DNA of 64,000 nucleotides from Sphingopyxis sp. (GCF_050916055.1 NZ_CP051527.1:2737066-2801065), one strand, 5' to 3'. Counted from the stretch's first letter, positions 1 through 9,838 are shown. Numbers and translations: made by a program. Notes: a model not told the origin generated them from the sequence alone.

Positions 1-1
1 G

Positions 2-502
2 GCGCTGAACGCCGTGCATCCCTATGACTGGGCGAAATTCCTGCGCGAGCGGATGCAGACCGCGGGCCGCCCGGCGCCGACCGCGGGCATCGAGGCCGCA
101 GGCTATCGCCTCGTCTGGCGCGACACCCCCAACGCCTATGACCGCGACCGCATGGCGCAGGCGAAAAACACCGACCTCACCCATTCGCTCGGCATGGTGA
201 TCGACAAGGACGGCGTCGCAGGGTCCATCCTCTGGGACGGTCCGGCGTTCAAGGCCGATATCGTCAACGGGGCCAAAATCCTCGCGGTCGATGGCGCCAG
301 CTACAGCCGTGAGCGGATCGAGGCGGCAATCCGCGCCGCCGCCGACGGCAAGACCCCCGTGACCCTGCTCGTCGAGCGCGGCGGCCGTTATCGCACCGCC
401 GAAATCGATTACCGCGGCGGACTGCGCTGGCCGCACCTGGAAAAGGCGGGCACCGGCCCCGATGCCTTCGACGCACTGCTGGCGCCGAAACGGGCGCTTT
501 GA
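2..502 (+). CDS. C-terminal part of an M61-family (glycyl aminopeptidase-like) peptidase with PDZ domain; 5' end outside the window
   Basis: Frame is open from base 2 (ALNAVHPYDW...). PDZ-like segment SLGMVIDKDG...ILWDGPAFKADIVNGAKILAVDG, and a C-terminal LRWPHLE tail typical of M61 proteins. Confidence 0.7.
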   Translation, partial: ALNAVHPYDWAKFLRERMQTAGRPAPTAGIEAAGYRLVWRDTPNAYDRDRMAQAKNTDLTHSLGMVIDKDGVAGSILWDGPAFKADIVNGAKILAVDGASYSRERIEAAIRAAADGKTPVTLLVERGGRYRTAEIDYRGGLRWPHLEKAGTGPDAFDALLAPKRAL

Positions 503-548
503 GACAAGGGGCGGTCGTATCCGGCTCTAGGATGGCGAGCGGACATTG

Positions 549-683
549 CCGATCCTCCCCCGCAGGGGGAGGGGGGCCACCCGCAGGGTGGTGGAGGGGT
601 ACAGGCCCGCATACGCTGCGCTCGGCACCGCGTACCCCTCCACCACCTTCGGTGGTCCCCCTCCCCGTTCCGGGGAGGATCGG
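549..683. repeat. Intergenic nested palindromic element (alphaproteobacterial REP/CIR-like)
   Basis: 12-bp terminal inverted repeat CCGATCCTCCCC (549-560) / GGGGAGGATCGG (672-683). Inner 16-bp inverted repeat 587-602 / 632-647. Lies between convergent genes. Confidence 0.7.
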
Positions 684-719
684 TTACGGCGGTCGCCGGG
701 TGAAAGCCCCCGCGCCCTC

Positions 720-2006
720 CTAAGCCGCCGCAAACCGGATCGGCAGGCGCTTCAGCCCGCCGACGAACACCGATTCGACGCGCGCCGGATCGCCGGTGAG
801 CTCCAGGCTTTTCAGCCGCGGCAGCAATTCTTCCATCAATATCCGCATTTCCATCCGCGCCAGATGCTGGCCGAGGCAGACGTGGGCGCCGAAACCGAAG
901 GCGATCTGCTGGTTCTTCGGCCGGTCGGGGTCGAACGCGAACGGATCGTCGAATACCCCCTCATCGCGGTTGCCCGAGACGTAGTTCAGCATCAGCCAGT
1001 CGCCCGCGCGGACCAATTGCCCGCCAACCTCGACATCCTCCCGCGCGCTGCGCATGAAATGCTGCACCGGGGTGGTCCAGCGGATCGCTTCCTCGATCAG
1101 CCCCGCCTTGTCGCTCGCCGCGTCGCGGTAGCGGGCGAACAGCGCCGGATTTTTCGCCAGTTCCATGATCGCCCCCGCGGTCGACGCGCTCGTCGTGTCG
1201 TGCCCCGCGGTCGCGATGATCATGTAATAGCCGGCGAGTTCGCGGTCGGGGATCTGCCCGCCGTCGATTGTCGCATTGGCGATCACGGTCGCAATGTCCT
1301 GACGTGGGTTGGCGCGGCGATCGGCGGTCAGCGCGCCGAAATATTGTTCGAAATCGGCGATGACATAGTTGAGCATCGCGATCGCCTGTTCGGCGCTGGT
1401 GATCGCCTCGCGGCTGCGGTTGAGTTCGGGGTCGGTCGATCCGAACAATTGCTGCGTCAGCATGAGCATCCGCGGTTCGTCCTCGGGCGGCACGCCCAAG
1501 ATGTCCATGATCACACGCAGCGGATAATGCGAGGCGACGTCGCGCGCGAAATCGCATTCGGGACCGGCGGCGAGCATCGCATCGACGGTCTCGCGCGCCA
1601 GCGTGCGGATGCGCTCTTCGACGATCTTCAGATTCTTGGGCATGAACCAACTCTGGGTGAGCAGGCGGTATTTCATATGGTCGGGGGCGTCCATCTGGAC
1701 CAGTGAGCGGATAAGGTGGCCGTCATTGTTCGGGGTGGCGGCGCGCGCGATCGCCTCGCCGTCGCGGTTGGTCAGCACGGTCGGACGGGTGCCGCTCGCA
1801 AAGCGCTGCGGGTCGCGGCTGATCGCCATGATGTCGGCATGGCGGGTCACCAGCCAGAACGGATCGACCTCCGGATTTTCGGCGACCGCGAGCGGCGCAT
1901 GCGCACGCGCCCATGCCAGCTGTTCGTGAAGCGCGTCCCATTGCCCGTATGCGACGGGATCGACGACGGCGGCGGCTACCTCTCCAGGCAATATAGGTTT
2001 TGTCAT
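720..2006 (-). CDS. Cytochrome P450
   Basis: I-helix AGHDTT, ExxR (EEAIRW), heme motif FGFGAHVCLG. Start at 2006 or 2015; the ORF-track extension to 2111 overlaps the globin gene. Confidence 0.95.
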   Translation of the reverse strand: MTKPILPGEVAAAVVDPVAYGQWDALHEQLAWARAHAPLAVAENPEVDPFWLVTRHADIMAISRDPQRFASGTRPTVLTNRDGEAIARAATPNNDGHLIRSLVQMDAPDHMKYRLLTQSWFMPKNLKIVEERIRTLARETVDAMLAAGPECDFARDVASHYPLRVIMDILGVPPEDEPRMLMLTQQLFGSTDPELNRSREAITSAEQAIAMLNYVIADFEQYFGALTADRRANPRQDIATVIANATIDGGQIPDRELAGYYMIIATAGHDTTSASTAGAIMELAKNPALFARYRDAASDKAGLIEEAIRWTTPVQHFMRSAREDVEVGGQLVRAGDWLMLNYVSGNRDEGVFDDPFAFDPDRPKNQQIAFGFGAHVCLGQHLARMEMRILMEELLPRLKSLELTGDPARVESVFVGGLKRLPIRFAAA

Positions 2007-2073
2007 GAAACCCATGCTGCCGCGATTCGGCGGCGGAGTCGAGGGGGGAGGAGATGGAAATGCGACCGCCGCG

Positions 2074-2526
2074 TCACTCCGCCAACTGCGGCGCCCCGGC
2101 CGGCATCGCATCGGCCCAGTCGGCGCGCGCCTTGCGGATCATCGCCTTCAGCGCCTCGGCATTTTGCTGCCACGCAGCGGCGGCAGCAGCGGACCACGCA
2201 TCGCCCGCCGCAAGGCCCAGTTCGTTGACCGTCATGTCGATGAAGGCGTCATATTCGCCGATCGGCAACGCGCCATAGCTGCGGTGGGTGAACACAAGTT
2301 CAGCAACCAGCGGCCACACCCAGCTTTCGTCCTGCGCCAGCCCCAGCATCATCTGCAGCGTCTCGTCGGTCATCCGCCGCGACGCGGCATCGACCGAGAT
2401 GAAGCTCGGTCGCCGGTCGGGAAAGGCCGCGAAGAAACGCTCGAACAGCGGATGACGGATGTCGATGCCGGCGTCGGCGACGGCCACCAGGCTCGCCTCC
2501 ATCGCCGCGGCATCGGCGGCGCTCAC
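2074..2526 (-). CDS. Single-domain globin-like protein
   Basis: 150 aa, helical. [10 protein letters not shown]...SF (B/CD1 region), proximal-His motif FTHRSYG, H-helix AAAAWQQ. Overlaps the upstream stop by 4 nt. Confidence 0.7.
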   Translation of the reverse strand: MSAADAAAMEASLVAVADAGIDIRHPLFERFFAAFPDRRPSFISVDAASRRMTDETLQMMLGLAQDESWVWPLVAELVFTHRSYGALPIGEYDAFIDMTVNELGLAAGDAWSAAAAAAWQQNAEALKAMIRKARADWADAMPAGAPQLAE

Positions 2527-4118
2527 TTGAACAGGCTGCCCAAAATCCCGCGCATCAGCTGACCGCCGAACTTGCCCGCGACCTGCCGCCCGATGCTCGT
2601 CGCTGCCGAGCGCGCTGCCGATTGCACCATCTTTTCGGTCATCGACGGCTTGGCAGCTTCGCGTGCCGCCACCTTTTCCAGCCGCAACCGTTCGCGCTCC
2701 TCGGCGGCCTTCACCTTCGCCGCTTCCTTCGCGGCGATCGCCGCCTGCTTGTCGGCCTCGACCTGCGCCTTGGCCTCGATTGCTGCCGCTTGCGCCTGTT
2801 CGGCCTTGGCGGCGAGCAATTCCTCGGCGCTCTCGCGATCGACCGCGGTGTCATATTTGCCCTCGACCGGCGAGATCGACCTGATAATCGCGCGCTCCTT
2901 GGCGTCGAGCGGGCCGGCGCGCGAACAGGGCGGCTTGATCAGCGTGCGTTCGACCGGCGACGGCGCGCCGTCGGGCATCAGCAGCGACACCAGCGCCTCG
3001 CCGACCTTCAGCTCGGTGATCTCGCGCGCGACATCGACCTTCGGATTGGGACGGAAGGTGTCGGCAGCGGCCTTCACCGCTTTCTGGTCGCGCGGGGTGA
3101 AGGCGCGCAGCGCGTGCTGGACGCGGTTGCCGAGCTGGCCGGCGACATCCTCGGGAATGTCGATCGGATTCTGGGTGACGAAATAGACCCCGACACCCTT
3201 CGATCGGATCAGGCGCACGACCTGCTCGATCTTGTCGGTCAGCGCCGGCGGCGCATCGTCGAACAGCAGGTGCGCCTCGTCGAAGAAAAAGACCAGCTTC
3301 GGCTTGTCGGGATCGCCGACTTCGGGAAGCGTCTCGAACATCTCGCTCAGCATCCAGAGCAGGAAGGTCGCATACAGCTTCGGGCTCGCCATCAACTTGT
3401 CGGCAGCGAGGATGTTGACATAGCCGCGCCCATTTTCGTCGCAGCGGATCATGTCGTGGATGTCGAGCGCCGGTTCGCCGAAGAAGTTCGCGCCGCCCTG
3501 GCTTTCGAGCGTCAGCAATTGCCGCTGGATCGTGCCGACCGTCGCCTTCGACACATTGCCATATTTGGTGGTGAGTTCATCATCGTTTTCGGCGCACCAG
3601 ACGAGCATCGCCTGCAGATCGCCCAGATCGAGCAGCAGCAGATTCTGTTCGTCGGCGACGCGGAACGCGATCGCGAGCACGCCCTCCTGCACCTCGTTGA
3701 GCCCCATCAGCCGCGCGAGCAGCAGCGGCCCCATTTCGGAAATCGTCGTGCGAACCGGATGACCCTGCTCGCCGAACAGGTCCCAGAAAATCACGGGATT
3801 GTCGCGATACGCCCATTCGGTATCGCCAATCTCGGCGGCACGTTTCGAAAAGGGCTCGTGGACCTTTGCCATCGGGCTGCCTGCCATCGCCATGCCGGCC
3901 AGGTCACCCTTCACGTCGGCGACGAACACCGGCACGCCGACGGCGGAGAAACCCTCGGCCAGTCCCTGCAGCGTCACCGTCTTGCCGGTGCCGGTCGCGC
4001 CGGCGATCAGCCCGTGGCGGTTGGCACGCTTGAGCACGAGCGACTGGCGCGGCCCGTCGGCGGCACCGCCGCCGCCAAGCCCGATATAGATTTCGCTGGC
4101 CGTGCTATCGTCGCTCAC
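2523..4118 (-). CDS. DUF853 / HerA-like helicase-domain ATPase (YjgR-like)
   Basis: [15 protein letters not shown] Walker [11 protein letters not shown] Walker [33 protein letters not shown]. Confidence 0.92.
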   Translation of the reverse strand: MSDDSTASEIYIGLGGGGAADGPRQSLVLKRANRHGLIAGATGTGKTVTLQGLAEGFSAVGVPVFVADVKGDLAGMAMAGSPMAKVHEPFSKRAAEIGDTEWAYRDNPVIFWDLFGEQGHPVRTTISEMGPLLLARLMGLNEVQEGVLAIAFRVADEQNLLLLDLGDLQAMLVWCAENDDELTTKYGNVSKATVGTIQRQLLTLESQGGANFFGEPALDIHDMIRCDENGRGYVNILAADKLMASPKLYATFLLWMLSEMFETLPEVGDPDKPKLVFFFDEAHLLFDDAPPALTDKIEQVVRLIRSKGVGVYFVTQNPIDIPEDVAGQLGNRVQHALRAFTPRDQKAVKAAADTFRPNPKVDVAREITELKVGEALVSLLMPDGAPSPVERTLIKPPCSRAGPLDAKERAIIRSISPVEGKYDTAVDRESAEELLAAKAEQAQAAAIEAKAQVEADKQAAIAAKEAAKVKAAEERERLRLEKVAAREAAKPSMTEKMVQSAARSAATSIGRQVAGKFGGQLMRGILGSLFK

Positions 4119-4297
4119 CCGTCATCCTCCGCTCGTTACCCTCTCAGCGGTCTAGAGCGGGGCGCAGGGTCAGGCAATCGGCAACCGCTGCCGCCCATAT
4201 TGATCGACATCATTGCCCCGTCTTTTCATCGCCGATACATGTTGCCCACCGCAACGATGGCACCGGCCGCCGTGCGGCGAACAACCGGGGAAATCAG

Positions 4298-5767
4298 ATG
4301 CGCCGAATTTCACATAAATCCGTCCTTGTCCTGTCGATGGCGGCGCTGATGCTCACCGGCTGCGGTGGCGGTGGCGGCGGTGGTGGTGGCAGCGCGCCGC
4401 CGGTCACCGTCACGCCGACCCCCTCGCCGACCCCCACCCCGACCGCAAGCTGCGGCCTGGCGGCGCGGCAAGGCTTTGCCAAGGCGGTCATCGACGAATG
4501 GTATCTGTTCCCCGGCGAGGTCGCCGGCGGCCTCACCCCGTCGGCGTACAGCAGCGTCCAATCCTATATCGACGCGCTGGTCGCGCCGGCGCGCGCCTCC
4601 GGCAAGGACCGTTTTTTCACCTACATCACCTCGATCGCCGAAGAGAATGCCTTTTTCTCCAGCGGGGCGAGCGCGGGATTCGGAGTCCGGCTGACCTATG
4701 ATGCGGGGACGCAGCGCGTCGTGATCGCCGAAGCCTATGAAGGCGCGCCGGCGCTGGCCGCGGGTATCGACCGTGGCACCCAGATCACCGCGATCGGGAC
4801 GAGCACGGCGAACCTGCGCAGCGTCGGCAATATCGTCGCGGCCGAAGGCACCGGCGGCATCACCGCGGCGCTGGGGCCAAGCGACCCCGGGGTGACCCGC
4901 GTGCTGCGCATCGTCGATGGCGGGACGACCCGCGACGTCACCGTGACCAAGGCCAATTTCGATATCGACCCGATATCCGATCGTTACGGCGCCAAGGTGA
5001 TTACCGAGGGCGGCCGGACCTACGGCTATCTGAACCTGCGCACCTTCATCTCGTCGGCGAACCCGCAGCTGCGCGCCGCCTTCCTGAATTTCCGCAACCA
5101 GGGCGTCACCGATATCGTCATCGATTTCCGCTACAATGGCGGCGGACTGGTCAGCACCGCCGAACTGATGGGCGACCTGCTGGGGCGCAACCGCAGCGCC
5201 AGCGAGGTATTTTCGCGCACCGATTTCCGGCCGTCGAAAGCGGCGGAGAACGAGCGGCATTTCTTCGCCAGCCAGCCCGAATCGATTGCGCCGACGCGCA
5301 TCGCCTTCATCGGCACCGGATCGACCGCATCGGCCAGCGAGCTGGTGATCAATTCGATGCTGCCCTATCTCGGCACCAACATGACGCTGGTCGGCAGCAA
5401 CACCTTCGGCAAGCCGGTCGGCCAGATCGCGCTCGACAAGGCCGAATGCGACGACCGGATGCGCGTCGTCGCCTTTGCGACGGGCAACGCCAGCGGCCAG
5501 AGCGACTATTATGGCGGCCTGGCGCCAAAGATCACCAACAGCTGCGCCGCCGACGACAATCTGTCGTTCCAGCTCGGCGATCCGAACGAGGCGTCGCTGC
5601 GCGCTGCGATCGATTTCCTCGCCGGCAACAGCTGCACGGCGCGCATCAGCCGGACCGACAGCCGCGTCGCGGCGAACGGCGCCGCGCCCGGCCTGGCGCC
5701 GGCACCCGCGATGCTGACCGCGACCGAACCGAGCGCCGCACAGCGCGAACTGCCCGGATTGTTCTAA
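4298..5767 (+). CDS. S41-family carboxyl-terminal peptidase, lipoprotein with PDZ domain
   Basis: Lipobox LTGC, Gly and Pro/Thr linker, DFRYNGGG, TASASE (catalytic Ser), GSNTFGKPVG. Confidence 0.92.
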   Translation: MRRISHKSVLVLSMAALMLTGCGGGGGGGGGSAPPVTVTPTPSPTPTPTASCGLAARQGFAKAVIDEWYLFPGEVAGGLTPSAYSSVQSYIDALVAPARASGKDRFFTYITSIAEENAFFSSGASAGFGVRLTYDAGTQRVVIAEAYEGAPALAAGIDRGTQITAIGTSTANLRSVGNIVAAEGTGGITAALGPSDPGVTRVLRIVDGGTTRDVTVTKANFDIDPISDRYGAKVITEGGRTYGYLNLRTFISSANPQLRAAFLNFRNQGVTDIVIDFRYNGGGLVSTAELMGDLLGRNRSASEVFSRTDFRPSKAAENERHFFASQPESIAPTRIAFIGTGSTASASELVINSMLPYLGTNMTLVGSNTFGKPVGQIALDKAECDDRMRVVAFATGNASGQSDYYGGLAPKITNSCAADDNLSFQLGDPNEASLRAAIDFLAGNSCTARISRTDSRVAANGAAPGLAPAPAMLTATEPSAAQRELPGLF

Positions 5768-5804
5768 CGCCGGAACCACTGCAGCGCGCTGATGATAGCA
5801 AACT

Positions 5805-5849
5805 TGGAGCGGGCGAAGGGATTCGAACCCTCGACCCCAACCTTGGCAA
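5805..5849 (-). tRNA. 3' fragment (45 bp) of tRNA-Gly(GCC) = island attachment-site duplicate; not a complete tRNA
   Basis: Minus strand reads TTGCCAAGGTTGGGGTCGAGGGTTCGAATCCCTTCGCCCGCTCCA: anticodon loop, T arm, acceptor 3' strand and CCA. The 5' anticodon stem, D arm and 5' acceptor strand are absent. Confidence 0.9.
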
Positions 5850-5968
5850 CTTGCCATTCCACCTTTCCCATCGCTTTCGATATTACTCTATCCTACTATT
5901 TTTGCTAGATTTGTTGAAAATCAGTTCCACCTGTCATATCCTATAGCTGTCCCCATTTTCAATGAATC

Positions 5969-6014
5969 TGGAGACACTTTGGAGACACGGGCGATTTTCA
6001 ATTCTGTGTCTCCA
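5969..6014. repeat. Three copies of TGGAGACAC (two direct, one inverted); candidate integrase arm-type sites
   Basis: Direct copies at 5969-5977 and 5980-5988; inverted copy at 6006-6014; between the att core and the integrase start. Confidence 0.6.
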
Positions 6015-6028
6015 ACGGGAGATGCGCA

Positions 6029-7306
6029 ATGCCGATAGCGAAGTTGACTAAGCGGGCCGTGGACGCCCTCGTTCCGCCGAAGGCCAAACAGGTCATTCTG
6101 TGGGATACCGAGGTAAAGGGCTTCGGCCTTCGGATCATGGCATCGGGGATCAAGACCTTTGTAGTCCAGTACCGCAACGCTGAAGGCGTAAAGCGTCGCA
6201 TGAACCTCGGACGCTTCGGCGTGCTGACTGTCGATCGAGCGCGAGATCTTGCGAAGCTGAAACTGGCTGAGGTGATTGTCGGAGAAGATCCCGCCGACAA
6301 AGTGCGGCAGGTCCGCAAAGGCATGACAGTGGCGGAAATGTGCGACTGGTATTTAACCGAGGCGCGCGCTGGCAATATTCTTGGCCGCGCAAACCGGCCG
6401 ATCAAATCGTCGTCGCTCAAGATGGACGAAAGTCGCATCCGCACGCACATCGCGCCCCTCCTGGGCAATCGGATCGTCAAGCATCTGACAATCGCGATCG
6501 TCGAGCAGATGCAGAGCGACGTGAAGAATGGCAAGACGGCGAAACCCCGAACGGGCGGTCGTGGCGGGATGGCAACTGGCGGCCCCGGCGTTGCAGGCCG
6601 CTGCGTCGGGACGCTGCAGGCGATCATTGGCCATGCCAAGCACAAGGGCCTGCTCGAAACGCATCCGACGCTCGGTGCCAAGAAGCTCGCTGGAAAGAAG
6701 AGAAGCCGGCGACTGAGCACCGCCGAAATCCAAACACTCGGAAAGGCGATGGCCTACGCCGAGGCGGGCGGCGAAAACCCGGTCGCTCTTGGCGTACTGC
6801 GCACCTTGCTTCTGACCGGCTATCGCCGTCAGGAAGGGCAGGCGATGCGTCGCAGCTGGCTGCACGCCGATCGTGGCTATGTCGTCTTTCCCGATACCAA
6901 GGGCGGCGCGCAGATCCGCGCCATCGGGCCCGCCGCGGTTCGTGTCCTCGAGGCGCAAGCGGAGATCGCCGGCAACCCGCACCTCTTCCCTTCGGCGGTC
7001 GGCGAGGGTCCCTATACTGCGGTGACCGATTGCCTGAAGCGCGTATGCGGCCTGGCTGGCATCGCGGGTGTGACGCCGCATACGCTCAGGCACACCTTCG
7101 GAAGCGTTGCCGGCGACCTCGGATTTTCCGAACTGACCATCCGCGCGATGCTGGGCCATGCCTCGCAGAATGTTACGCAGGACTATGTGCATATCGACGA
7201 GGCGCTGAAGCTCGCTGTCCAGCGCACTTCCGACGAGATCGAGCAGCTACTCGCCTCGGGCGCCGCAGCACAAAGGCAAATGGCACACCTTCCCTGGGGC
7301 GGTTAA
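6029..7306 (+). CDS. Tyrosine recombinase/integrase with N-terminal arm-DNA-binding domain
   Basis: N-terminal LWDTEVKGFGLRI...KTFVVQYR. Catalytic R (TGYRRQE), HTLRH, LGH and Y (TQDY) are all intact. Confidence 0.95.
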   Translation: MPIAKLTKRAVDALVPPKAKQVILWDTEVKGFGLRIMASGIKTFVVQYRNAEGVKRRMNLGRFGVLTVDRARDLAKLKLAEVIVGEDPADKVRQVRKGMTVAEMCDWYLTEARAGNILGRANRPIKSSSLKMDESRIRTHIAPLLGNRIVKHLTIAIVEQMQSDVKNGKTAKPRTGGRGGMATGGPGVAGRCVGTLQAIIGHAKHKGLLETHPTLGAKKLAGKKRSRRLSTAEIQTLGKAMAYAEAGGENPVALGVLRTLLLTGYRRQEGQAMRRSWLHADRGYVVFPDTKGGAQIRAIGPAAVRVLEAQAEIAGNPHLFPSAVGEGPYTAVTDCLKRVCGLAGIAGVTPHTLRHTFGSVAGDLGFSELTIRAMLGHASQNVTQDYVHIDEALKLAVQRTSDEIEQLLASGAAAQRQMAHLPWGG

Positions 7307-7376
7307 GCCTGACGGTTCACGTCAGCAAGACGGCGCAGCGATCCCAAAACCATTCTGCTGGGTGCCTTCCCGCTCG

Positions 7377-8054
7377 CTATCCTTCGATCAGCAACAGGCT
7401 CGCCTGCGTCTCCGCTTTGATCGTCAGGCAGGCTTCGTTCCGGATCGCCAGGCCATCGTGGCGCGTCATGCGATGGCTTTCGATGTTGATCGTGCCCGCC
7501 ATGACGACGAGATAGGCGAACTCGCTGGCCAGATGCAGATCAAGGGCCTGTCCGCCTGCCAGCTCCAGCCATTTGACCCGGGCGGACGTTCGCAGCCGGA
7601 CGTGCGCGACGTCATCGTCTTCGCCGCTGGCCAGCCAATCGCGCACAGCGGACAGCGCAACCGGCTCACGATAAACGGCCCGCTCGTCCGCATCACTGGA
7701 AAGGCCGATCGTGGTGAAGGATGCTGGCTTCGAAGACCGGTTGGCAATGCCGAACTCCGCTCCGGTGCCGGCGGCGATATAGGCGAAGCGGTTCTGCCCG
7801 ATCGCCATGTCGCGGCCTGAATGCCGCTTGATATAGATCTCGCCGTCCTCGACGATGACGAGCATTTCGGTTGCGAAGTGGGAGCTTGGTTGCAGTTCGG
7901 CGCCAGCGGCGAGACGGTCGTGATTGATGTAACGGGTCCGTCCCCATTCGAGGCGATCGACATCCTGGTAGCCGGCGAAGCAAAAATGGTGCCGCGCTTG
8001 GAGCCATGCGAGATCGGTCTCGCCGAGATCGGACGCGGCGCGATATTCGATCAC
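7377..8054 (-). CDS. Pirin-family (YhhW-like) bicupin with degenerate metal site
   Basis: WLQARHHFCFAGY...YINHDRL, AAGTG and C-terminal DGLAI...LLL match YhhW-like pirins. GTG start inferred. Confidence 0.75.
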   Translation of the reverse strand: MIEYRAASDLGETDLAWLQARHHFCFAGYQDVDRLEWGRTRYINHDRLAAGAELQPSSHFATEMLVIVEDGEIYIKRHSGRDMAIGQNRFAYIAAGTGAEFGIANRSSKPASFTTIGLSSDADERAVYREPVALSAVRDWLASGEDDDVAHVRLRTSARVKWLELAGGQALDLHLASEFAYLVVMAGTINIESHRMTRHDGLAIRNEACLTIKAETQASLLLIEG

Positions 8055-8313
8055 GGGCGCCCGCTTTCGTCTTGCGTCACGATCCATTGCAGTTCGAGCC
8101 GGGCGCCGCCCGCGGTCAACCGCACCGATTCTTCGGGCAAGTCCAGCGCGGCCGCGACCTTCGCGCGCAGGGCAGGATTTCCGCCGACGATGCGCAGCGC
8201 CAGATCGCGTCGCCGCGCGGCCCATGCCGCCGTCGCCACGGCCTTCCGGCCAGCGGCATCCAGCTCGTCGCCGTCGAAGGTCACCGCGGGCAGATCGAGA
8301 GCGGGCGGCACTA

Positions 8314-9162
8314 GGCCGCGTTGACAAAAGGGATTCCCAAACGGGTCGGGTTCTGATTCAGAGCTGCTTTTTGGGGAGCAGTCATGGGTCGCGGGGATTT
8401 GTCGGATGCGGAGTGGGCGCTGATCGGGCCGCTGTTGCCGTCTGAGCGGGGACGCTGGGCGCGTCCGGCGGGCGATAACCGACGATTCCTGAACGGGATG
8501 CTTCATGTGCTGCGGGTCGGCTGCCCGTGGCGCGACATGCACGAGCGCTATGGCAAGTGGAACTCGGTCTATGTCCGGTTCCGGCGCTGGGCCGAACAAG
8601 GGGTCTGGGATGCCCTGCTGCAAACGCTGGTCGATCTGGGGCTGACCGACGACTGGCAGCACATGATCGACAGCACCACGGTTCGCGGCCATGTCTCGGC
8701 TGTGGGCGGAAAAGGGGGGATGCTGCGAACGCTTTTGGTCGATCACGCGGCGGCTTTACGTGCAAGGTCCACGCCCGCTCGGACAATCAGGGACGCCCTC
8801 TCGGTTTCCTCCTGACCGGCGGCGAAGCATCGGATTACGCCGCCGCCGAACCGTTGATGAAAATCCCGGTCGCCAAGCCCAAGGCGCTGCTCGCCGATAA
8901 GGGCTATGACGGTGATCGCTTCCGCGAAAGCCTGCTGATCCAGGGCATCTTGCCGATCATCCCGCCGCGCTCGAACCGCAAGGCGCCCGATCATCCCGAC
9001 TATCGGCGCTACAGGGATCGCAACCGCATCGAGCGCATGTTCGGCAAGCTCAAGCAACAGCGCCGCATCGCCACCCGTTACGACAAATCCGTCCTGTCCT
9101 TCGAGAGCTTCCTCAACCTCGCCGCCGTCCGACTATGGTTGAAGTCTTTTGTCAACGCAGCC
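8314..9162 (+). mobile_element. IS5-family (IS427 group) insertion sequence, complete, 849 bp
   Basis: 17-bp TIRs GGCCGCGTTGACAAAAG / CTTTTGTCAACGCAGCC (16/17 match); TA duplication within a CTAG target. Confidence 0.93.
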
Positions 9163-9165
9163 TAG
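8384..9165 (+). CDS. IS5/IS427 transposase, two ORFs joined by a -1 frameshift
   Basis: OrfA 8384-8815 (GCPWRDMHERYGKWNSVY, IDST). OrfB frame (GRSRGG, LADKGYD, RNRIERMFGKLKQQRRIATRYDK). Slippery AAAAGGGGGG at 8710-8719. Confidence 0.9.
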
Positions 9166-9295
9166 GGCTGATTTCGTGGCGGAGGGCAACGCAGTCGGGC
9201 GTTTGGGTGAATCTCTGCAGATATGCATACGTCAGGGTTACCCTGTCGAGGAATTGGTAGCAGAGGACGCCGCTAATCGATTTGCTGCGCGCGCG

Positions 9296-9592
9296 ATGGC
9301 AAGCGGTTGGAGTCATGCCCTTATCGTCGAGGTTATCGACGCCGGTATTGAGGCAGAGCTTGCCTCCATGCCTTTCCCTGATCCCCTTTACGATCTACCT
9401 GCAGACGAACTTGTTGATCAGGCTGTCGGCTTGGCTGGTCAGGTTCGGAGCTATTGTCATGCTTTGTTCAGTCGTCGGCCCGGAGCGGTCACTGATCTTG
9501 AGAGCGGTGATCGGGAAGTTGATGCACGGCTGGCGCGCGCTCGCCGTGACGCTGCGGAGATCCTGGCCCAACAGCAGGCGTTGTCTCGATGA
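9296..9592 (+). CDS. Hypothetical protein (start uncertain)
   Basis: Longest open frame in the low-GC stretch between the two IS5 copies; no recognisable motif. Confidence 0.3.
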   Translation: MASGWSHALIVEVIDAGIEAELASMPFPDPLYDLPADELVDQAVGLAGQVRSYCHALFSRRPGAVTDLESGDREVDARLARARRDAAEILAQQQALSR

Positions 9593-9838
9593 TAACGCCG
9601 GACTGTCTACCTAGCGTAAGAACGAGCCGGCTGCTGATGATAGAGGAAGCATTCGTGTACAGCCTCCATGCGCCGTAGTTGCCCGGGGCCAGCATTGGCG
9701 GCGCGGGGGCGACCACTATCCTTGATTGACTTCCAAAAAGCGGTCAGCCCTCTGTGCAGCTTCCGTTACAGCTCGTGCTGCTTCATTCATGTAAGATCAA
9801 TGTCCCAAGATTGATTATGATAGGATCAGGAGGTTGCC

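Larger units (their letters stand above)
8051..9228 (-). pseudogene. Small hypothetical ORF (~108 aa) interrupted by the IS5 copy
   Basis: Removing the IS and one TA copy restores an open frame MHICRDSPKRPTALPSATKSAL-VPPALDLPAVTFDG...ESGRP whose stop overlaps the pirin start. Confidence 0.4.

Noticed and set aside
2622-4349. Long alternative-frame ORFs (also 546-1706, 4310-5857, 45709-47280, 54119-56614, 54337-56406 and many others)
   Set aside because: Antisense or off-frame shadows of well-supported genes, expected in GC-rich DNA; no motifs.
4367-4445. GGC/GGT and CCGACC repeats
   Set aside because: They encode the Gly and Pro/Thr linker of the S41 lipoprotein; ordinary low complexity.
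5805-5880. Complete tRNA-Gly gene
   Set aside because: Only the 3' 45 nt match; sequence beyond 5849 cannot form the 5' anticodon stem, D arm or acceptor 5' strand.
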